DNA from: Gammaproteobacteria bacterium
Lineage (GTDB): Bacteria; Pseudomonadota; Gammaproteobacteria; Tethybacterales; Persebacteraceae
DNA length: 25,686 bases
Direction of reading: 5' to 3'
NCBI GenBank assembly: GCA_051009095.1
Contig: JBPCWX010000121.1
Coordinates: forward strand, 1-25,686
The translations under genes were made by a program, and so were the position numbers. Below the pieces are notes generated by a model. It was not told the origin of the DNA. It ran no database searches and saw nothing but the letters and a program-made list of their open reading frames with translations. The first letter of the stretch is position 1; each line of letters starts with the position of its first letter. This document shows, piece by piece, positions 16,627 through 22,731 of this stretch.

Positions 16627-18006
16627 CTACAACAAAAACAATGCTCCCAAGCCCAAAAAAACAAAAAAACCCAGCGTATCAACCACGCTTGTCAATACCA
16701 CCGAAGCGCCCAAAGCGGGGTCTTTGCCCATCTTTTTCATCAGCAAAGGAAAGAAAAAGCCGGTGACCGCCGCCGCAAAAAAACAAAAAGCCATGGCCAC
16801 CACCAGCACCACAGCTAAATCGAGACGACCATATAAAAGCCACGCAAAAACTCCCACCATGCCGCCCCAGACAATACCATTTACCACACTCAGCGCTATT
16901 TCACCACGAATCACCCGCTGCCAATTCATCTGATTAATTTGCTCCAAAGCCAAAGCCCGCACCGTCAAAGTCGCCGTCTGATTGCCGATGTTGCCGCTCA
17001 TGCCGGCCACAATCGGCATCAAAGAAGCCAGCGCCACCACATTGGCGATAGTCGGCTCAAACAGCCCCACTACCCGCGAAATGACAAAAGCCGCCAGCAT
17101 ATTGATAAACAGCCACCGCCAGCGATTGATAAAACGGCGCGGTAAGGAAGCAAATAAATCTTCCTCTTCCGTCACCCCGGCGCTGCTGAGCAACTCCTGC
17201 CCGCGGCTTTCTTTCATATACTCCACAATGTCATCAATGGTTAACCGCCCGGCAATTTTGTGGGCATCATCCAGCACCGGCGCCGATATTAAATCGTAGC
17301 GTTCAAAAGCCCCCGCCGCTTTTTCGGCATCATCATCGGGGCGAAAAAAATGCAAATTTTCGCTTATCATAACCTCATGCGCAGACCTATGCGGCTCACC
17401 TAAAAGCAATTTTTTTAGCGGCAAAACGCCCGACAAACGGCCGCGAATATCGGCAACAAATAATTTATCGCAGTGGCTGGGCAATTCCCCCAAGGTTCGC
17501 AACCGCTTGAGGAGGTCGCCCAATAGTTCATTTTCTCGCACAATCACCGCATTAAAATCCATCAGCGCCCCTACCGTGCCATCGGCAAAAGTCAGACTCG
17601 CGCGCACTTGCGGGTTATCCGTTAGTTTCGCCAAGCGCATGAGGCGCGCACTAATGTCGGGCTTTAGTTCACGCAGTAAGCTCGCAATTTCATCCACCGG
17701 CAGCTGCTGCAATAAGGCGGCGGTGTCTTCTTCCGCTAATTGCGGCAGCAAGTCAGCCCACACTTGCTCCGATAGTTCCGTCAGCACTTCGCTTTGCTTT
17801 TGCGGTGGCAATTCCGCCCACACCAGTAGCCGCTCTTCGCGCGGAATGGTTTCCAACACATCGGCGATGTCAGCCTCGTGCATCACCGACACAATATCGC
17901 CGATGCGCCCATTTTTTAGTTCGCCGTCTGTCTCTGCGTTGCGCAGCGATTCCAGCAACATTAATAATCTCTGTTTGTGAGGAAGCAAAGTTTCCATAAA
18001 ATGCAC
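16627..18006 (-). CDS. mgtE: Magnesium transporter MgtE
   Basis: N-terminal 'MH.ADIAD.LE', CBS pair ('GALM', 'F.RYDL.S.PV.D', 'GRLT.DD'), and a membrane domain with 'WL..N', 'MPIVAGM.GN.G.Q', 'DPAL...V.LTS..D..GF'. The start could be 17997. Confidence 0.93.
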   Translation of the reverse strand: MHFMETLLPHKQRLLMLLESLRNAETDGELKNGRIGDIVSVMHEADIADVLETIPREERLLVWAELPPQKQSEVLTELSEQVWADLLPQLAEEDTAALLQQLPVDEIASLLRELKPDISARLMRLAKLTDNPQVRASLTFADGTVGALMDFNAVIVRENELLGDLLKRLRTLGELPSHCDKLFVADIRGRLSGVLPLKKLLLGEPHRSAHEVMISENLHFFRPDDDAEKAAGAFERYDLISAPVLDDAHKIAGRLTIDDIVEYMKESRGQELLSSAGVTEEEDLFASLPRRFINRWRWLFINMLAAFVISRVVGLFEPTIANVVALASLMPIVAGMSGNIGNQTATLTVRALALEQINQMNWQRVIRGEIALSVVNGIVWGGMVGVFAWLLYGRLDLAVVLVVAMAFCFFAAAVTGFFFPLLMKKMGKDPALGASVVLTSVVDTLGFFVFLGLGALFLL

Positions 18007-18106
18007 TGGTTAATAATTAAAAACGAGTCGAGTATAACAGAGGAAAGCATGACAAAGTGTATAAAATAACGTCCACTCCATCTCATTATACTTGCACTAT
18101 GTGTGC

Positions 18107-18142
18107 CATAAAGTAATACTTTATGTTATAATGGTATTACTT
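18107..18142 (+). promoter_or_regulatory. TA promoter/operator: extended -10 flanked by inverted repeats
   Basis: TGtTATAAT at 18124-18132. Palindrome CATAAAGTA-A-TACTTTATG at 18107-18125. Inverted repeat AAGTAATAC (18111-18119) / GTATTACTT (18134-18142). Confidence 0.7.
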
Positions 18143-18165
18143 AAATTAAATGCGAAAGGCAAACC

Positions 18166-18417
18166 ATGAGCACATTAACCATCAAAGGACAAGTAACCAT
18201 TCCCGTTCATCTGCGGCGTGAACTGGGGCTTACGTCGGGGAGTCGGTTAAAGTTTACCAGAATAAACAATGAAATTAAAATCACCCCGGCCGCGCCGGCG
18301 GATGACATTGCCGCCGTATTTGGTCTGCTCAAGTCCAAGCGCAGCGTATCTTTGCGCGACATGCGGCGGGCGCGGAGTGAACGCACCATCAGCCGCTTCC
18401 AAAAGAGCATCGGCTAA
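18166..18417 (+). CDS. AbrB/MazE/SpoVT-family antitoxin
   Basis: 'STLT.KGQVTIP..LR..LGL..G..L.F......I.I.P' is the swapped-hairpin signature. Sits directly upstream of a PIN gene. Confidence 0.9.
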   Translation: MSTLTIKGQVTIPVHLRRELGLTSGSRLKFTRINNEIKITPAAPADDIAAVFGLLKSKRSVSLRDMRRARSERTISRFQKSIG

Positions 18418-18804
18418 ATGATCGGATTGGACACCAACTGTTTGGTGCGTCTATTATTGGACGACCCCAAAGCGCGGGCGCAATGCGAGCGTGTGCGCGC
18501 CACCGTACAAAAAGCGCAAAAAGTCTATATTTCCCCGCTGGTTCTGATGGAATCCGCTTGGGTGTTTGCCGCGTGCTATCAATTGAAGAAAGAAGAAATT
18601 GCCGCCACCATGAAAACATTGTTAGCATCACCAAACATTGTTTGGGACAACAAGCAGAGCATTCACCAAGCGGTGGAATTGTTCGCCGCAAGCAACATAG
18701 AATTTGCCGATGCCATGTCGCTTTGCCTGCACCGCGACAAAAAAATCACCCTGTTAACGTTTGACAAAAAACTGGCGCGCCACAAAGGAGCGCAAGCAGC
18801 ATGA
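18418..18804 (+). CDS. vapC: PIN-domain (VapC-like) toxin
   Basis: Acidic PIN residues in 'GLDTN.LVR', 'VLME..WV', 'FADA' and 'LTFDK.L'. Abuts the antitoxin stop (TAA-ATG). Confidence 0.88.
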   Translation: MIGLDTNCLVRLLLDDPKARAQCERVRATVQKAQKVYISPLVLMESAWVFAACYQLKKEEIAATMKTLLASPNIVWDNKQSIHQAVELFAASNIEFADAMSLCLHRDKKITLLTFDKKLARHKGAQAA

Positions 18805-18823
18805 TCAACCAAGGAGCAAAACC

Positions 18824-20248
18824 ATGAATGACACAATATATGATGTATTGGTAATTGGCGGTGGTCCCGGCGGCTATGTCGCCGCCATTCGTGCCGCCCA
18901 GTTGGGGCTATCCGCCGCCTGCGTGGATAAATGGAAAAACGCCAAAGGCAAAACCGTCTACGGCGGCACTTGCCTCAATATCGGCTGCATCCCTTCCAAA
19001 GCGCTGTTGGAATCTTCCTACAACTACGAGCGTGCCGCCAAACATTTTGCCGCACACGGCGTCATGGTCGGCAAGCTCAGCCTGGATTTGGCGGCCATGC
19101 AAAAGCGCAAAGACAATGTCGTCACCGCCTTAGTCGGCGGCATCGACGGTTTGTTTAAGAAAAATAAGGTCGCCGCCCTCTCTGGCGCCGCTTCCATTGT
19201 TTCAATCGGCGAGGTGTGCGAGGTGGCCATTAGCGATAACGGCAAAACCCAAACAGTGCAAGCAAAAAATCTCATTATCGCCACCGGCTCCGTGCCGCGC
19301 GCCATTCCCCCCGCCCCAGTGGACAATCAGCGCATTGTCGATAATGAAGGCGCTCTGGCTTTTGATGAACCGCCCAAAAAATTGGGCGTCATTGGTGCCG
19401 GTGTGATTGGGCTGGAATTGGGCAGCGTTTGGAGTCGGCTGGGCAGCGAAGTGAAAATTTTGGAAGCATTGCCCGATTTTTTGGGCGCGGCAGATGCTGA
19501 CATTGCCCAAGAAGCCGGCAAAATATTTAAAAAACAAGGGCTCAGCATTACCACCAACGCCAAAGTAACCGCCGCTAAAAACACCGGCAAAGCGGTAAAC
19601 GTGGTGTGGGAAAAAGACGGCGACTCTACTCAGGAAAAATTTGACAAACTTATTGTCGCTGTTGGGCGCGCGCCTTTCACAGAAGGGCTGAATGCCGAAA
19701 ATGTCGGGCTTTCTTTATCACACGGATTTATCGATGTAGACTCACATTGCCGCACCAAATTTTCCAATGTATACGCCGTTGGTGATGTAGTGCGCGGTCC
19801 CATGCTTGCACACAAGGCCGAAGATGAAGGCGCGATGGTCGCCGAACTTATCGCCGGACAAAAACCGGAGATTGAATACGACTGCATTCCATGGGTGATT
19901 TACACCCACCCCGAAATTGCTTGGGTAGGCAAAACAGAACAAGACTTAAAAACCGCCGGCGTGGAATATCGCAAAGGCGTTTTTCCATTTATGGCCAACG
20001 GTCGGGCGCGCGGGCTGGGCGAAACAGAAGGCATGGTGAAAATTCTCGCCGCCGCCGCTGATGACCGCATATTAGGTGCGCATATTTTAGGCCCGGGAGC
20101 TTCCGACCTCATTGCCGAAGGCGTGTTAGCAATGGAGATGGCTGCCGCCAGCGAAGATATTGCCCGCACCTGTCATGCCCATCCAACCCTCGCCGAAGTC
20201 TTTCGCGAAGCAGCGCTGGCCGTAGATGGGCGGGCAATTCACATTTAA
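18824..20248 (+). CDS. lpdA: Dihydrolipoamide dehydrogenase (E3)
   Basis: Motifs 'VIGGGPGGYVAAIRAAQLG', redox 'GGTCLNIGCIPSKALL', 'VIGAGVIGLELG', 'GPMLAHKA' and 'HAHPTL.E'. RBS AAGGAG at 18811-18816 supports the ATG at 18824. Confidence 0.96.
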   Translation: MNDTIYDVLVIGGGPGGYVAAIRAAQLGLSAACVDKWKNAKGKTVYGGTCLNIGCIPSKALLESSYNYERAAKHFAAHGVMVGKLSLDLAAMQKRKDNVVTALVGGIDGLFKKNKVAALSGAASIVSIGEVCEVAISDNGKTQTVQAKNLIIATGSVPRAIPPAPVDNQRIVDNEGALAFDEPPKKLGVIGAGVIGLELGSVWSRLGSEVKILEALPDFLGAADADIAQEAGKIFKKQGLSITTNAKVTAAKNTGKAVNVVWEKDGDSTQEKFDKLIVAVGRAPFTEGLNAENVGLSLSHGFIDVDSHCRTKFSNVYAVGDVVRGPMLAHKAEDEGAMVAELIAGQKPEIEYDCIPWVIYTHPEIAWVGKTEQDLKTAGVEYRKGVFPFMANGRARGLGETEGMVKILAAAADDRILGAHILGPGASDLIAEGVLAMEMAAASEDIARTCHAHPTLAEVFREAALAVDGRAIHI

Positions 20249-20297
20249 CCGCTTGCCCACCCCACAGTCAACACCGGCTGCCCACTGATAAGCGGCA

Positions 20298-20930
20298 ATG
20301 TTTGCGGAAACCATCCTCACCGCCACTGCCGCTTTTTTTGCGACCATTGGTCCTTTTGATGTGGCTGCCGTTTATGCGGTTTTGACGACTCGCTCGAGGC
20401 AAGAGGAAAAGCGCGCCATGGCCATTCGCGGGGTATTGCTGGCGGGGGTGATTTTGCTTGTTTTTGCGCTGGTGGGCACCGCTTTATTGGAAAGGTTAGG
20501 CATTTCCATGCCGGCTTTTCGCGCTGCCGGCGGAGTGTTGCTGCTATTGGTGGGCATAGAGATGGTGTTTGCACGCGATTCGACAGCCACTTCCACCACG
20601 CCCGAAGAGCATCAGGAATCACAAACACGGCAAGATATATCGGTTTTTCCTTTGGCCATGCCGCTCATCGCCGGCCCTGGCAGCATGAGCGTCGCCATGT
20701 TATTTTTTGCCGATGCCGCAGGTCAAGTCGGTCAACAAGTGGCGGTGCTGCTGGGATTGTTTTTGGTGCTGGTGCTAACGCTGGTGGCCATGCTGCTGGC
20801 CAACAAACTGCATAAATTATTGGGCATTACCGGCATGCACGTTATTGCGCGTGTGTTTGGTGTGGTGCTTTCGGCATTAGCCGTGCAATTTATTTTTGAC
20901 GGCATAAAACAAAGCGGGATTTTTGCCTAA
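20298..20930 (+). CDS. MarC-family inner membrane protein
   Basis: Six hydrophobic segments with 'LG IS.PAFR.AGG.LL...G..M', 'VFPLAMPLIAGPG' and 'R.FG..L.A.AVQF'. Confidence 0.9.
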   Translation: MFAETILTATAAFFATIGPFDVAAVYAVLTTRSRQEEKRAMAIRGVLLAGVILLVFALVGTALLERLGISMPAFRAAGGVLLLLVGIEMVFARDSTATSTTPEEHQESQTRQDISVFPLAMPLIAGPGSMSVAMLFFADAAGQVGQQVAVLLGLFLVLVLTLVAMLLANKLHKLLGITGMHVIARVFGVVLSALAVQFIFDGIKQSGIFA

Positions 20931-20960
20931 CCACACAAGCCATCAATGGCCCGCCCAATT

Positions 20961-22505
20961 TTAACGTCTCTCCAAAAACAAACGATAGGCCGGGTTATCA
21001 GATTCTGATTCAAATGGATAATTCAAATCTCGCAAGAATTGTCGAAACTGGGCGCGCTCCGCCGGCGGCACTTGAATGCCAATCAAAACCCGCCCGGTAT
21101 CAGCGCCATTATTGCGGTAATGAAACAAACTGACATTCCACCCCAAACGCCGATCGGCAAGCATAATTAAAAATTTCATCAACGCCCCCGGCCGCTCAGG
21201 AAACTCAAAACGATATAACATTTCATTCTCCGCCGCCGCACGCCCGCCCACCATATGGCGGATGTGTAATTTTGCCATCTCATTATCCGTCAGGTCCACA
21301 ATGGGCAAATGATTCTCACGCATTTTCTTGCTCAGCGCTCGGCGGTCACCGCTGGATTGAATTTCCACACCAACAAAAATATGCGCCTTATCGGGGTCAT
21401 CCATGCGATAGTTAAATTCAGTGACGGCATGTTGCCCCAACAAAGCGCAAAAACGGCGAAAGCTCCCCGGCCGCTCAGGAATAGTTACCGCAAACAAAGC
21501 CTCGCGCTGCTCACCGATTTCGGCACGCTCGGCAATAAAGCGCAAGCGGTCAAAATTCATATTCGCGCCACAAGCCACGGCAACAAGATTCTGTCGGCGC
21601 CATTTTCGCCGCGCCGCATATTCTTTCAGTCCCGCCACGGCCAAGGCGCCACTGGGCTCAAAAATCACGCGCGTATCATCATATAAATCTTTTACCGCAG
21701 CACACAAGGCATCATTATTAACCACAATAACATCATCCACCAGTTGGCGAACGAACTCAAAAGTCAGCCGCCCCGGTTTTTTTACTGCCACCGCATCGGC
21801 AAAAGTCCCCACCTGCGGCAGCTGCACGCGCCGCCCGGCTTTCAGCGAAGCGGTCATCGAGGCGGATTCTTCAGCCTCCACCCCGATAATGCGCACATCG
21901 GGGCGCAACGCCTTAACATATCCAGCCACGCCAGCCACCAAACCGCCGCCACCGATAGCGCAAAAAATCGCCCGTAATGGCGCCGGATGCTGGCGCAAAA
22001 TTTCCGCCGCCGCGGTGCCATTGCCGGCGATAACATCGGCATCATCAAAGGGCGGGATAAAAAGCGACTTTTCTTCTTTGGCCATTTGTTGGGCTGCCGC
22101 ATTGCTGTCATCAAAAGATTCACCGACAAGGACCACTCTGGCGCCGCGCGCACGGGCGGCGGCAACTTTGATATGTTGGGCATGGCGCGGCATGACAATA
22201 GTGGCGCGGCAGCCCAATTTCTTAGCCGCCAACGCCACCCCTTGGGCATGATTACCGGCGGAAGCGGCAACAACTCCATGGCGCAAACGCGCCGCCGGCA
22301 AGCGCGTCATTTTATGGTATGCGCCGCGAATTTTGAAAGAAAAAACTGGCTGCATATCCTCGCGCTTGATCAGAATGCGATTATGCGTGGTCGCCGACAG
22401 TAATGGCATCGCAGTAAGGGGCGTCTCACGCACCAAATCATAAATACGGGTATTAATCACACTCCGCAACAATGCTTCCTGCCGCTTTTTGAACGCTACT
22501 TTCAT
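20961..22505 (-). CDS. ilvA: Threonine ammonia-lyase, biosynthetic
   Basis: PLP lysine motif 'KREDMQPVFSFKIRGAY', 'ASAGNHAQG', 'GGGGL', 'EPSGALA', and two C-terminal regulatory repeats ('IPERPGSF', 'FPERPGAL', 'FHYRN'). Confidence 0.96.
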   Translation of the reverse strand: MKVAFKKRQEALLRSVINTRIYDLVRETPLTAMPLLSATTHNRILIKREDMQPVFSFKIRGAYHKMTRLPAARLRHGVVAASAGNHAQGVALAAKKLGCRATIVMPRHAQHIKVAAARARGARVVLVGESFDDSNAAAQQMAKEEKSLFIPPFDDADVIAGNGTAAAEILRQHPAPLRAIFCAIGGGGLVAGVAGYVKALRPDVRIIGVEAEESASMTASLKAGRRVQLPQVGTFADAVAVKKPGRLTFEFVRQLVDDVIVVNNDALCAAVKDLYDDTRVIFEPSGALAVAGLKEYAARRKWRRQNLVAVACGANMNFDRLRFIAERAEIGEQREALFAVTIPERPGSFRRFCALLGQHAVTEFNYRMDDPDKAHIFVGVEIQSSGDRRALSKKMRENHLPIVDLTDNEMAKLHIRHMVGGRAAAENEMLYRFEFPERPGALMKFLIMLADRRLGWNVSLFHYRNNGADTGRVLIGIQVPPAERAQFRQFLRDLNYPFESESDNPAYRLFLERR

Positions 22506-22571
22506 ATTTGGGATTCTAACATTTAGCCACCGATTTTATGCCGCCGCTATTCTTTTTATGTTAAGATTGTA

Positions 22572-22683
22572 TTTGCATAGTAATTAAACGCACTCTGTCG
22601 GGTGTCTCGCCTCATGTAAAACCGTGGGGGTATTTTCTCGTGCGGGAAAGGGCGAGGAGTCAACTGTTTAGTTACTATGCAAA
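22572..22683. mobile_element. MITE-like 112-bp element bounded by an 18-bp inverted repeat
   Basis: TTTGCATAGTAATTAAAC (22572-22589) and GTTTAGTTACTATGCAAA (22666-22683) are 17/18 complementary. Inner pairings are ACTC/GAGT and CTCGCC/GGCGAG. Non-coding. The repeat is seen directly; mobility is inferred. Confidence 0.45.
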
Positions 22684-22731
22684 CGCCCGGCACTTCGCCG
22701 GGAATTGTGGAGCAACTATGGGGGAGCAAAC

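Noticed and set aside
18761-18823. Longer N-termini from the ORF track (lpdA from 18761; also pta 1587, smr 15094, surface protein 22705, orphan 25484)
   Set aside because: Downstream ATGs have better ribosome-binding sites or match the family N-terminus. The lpdA and smr extensions also overlap neighbouring genes.
22539-22566. XerD-like half-site TTATGTTAAGA as a possible dif site at the composition boundary
   Set aside because: The XerC arm position (TGCCGCCGCTA) and the spacer do not match dif, and a lone AT-rich half-site is likely chance.
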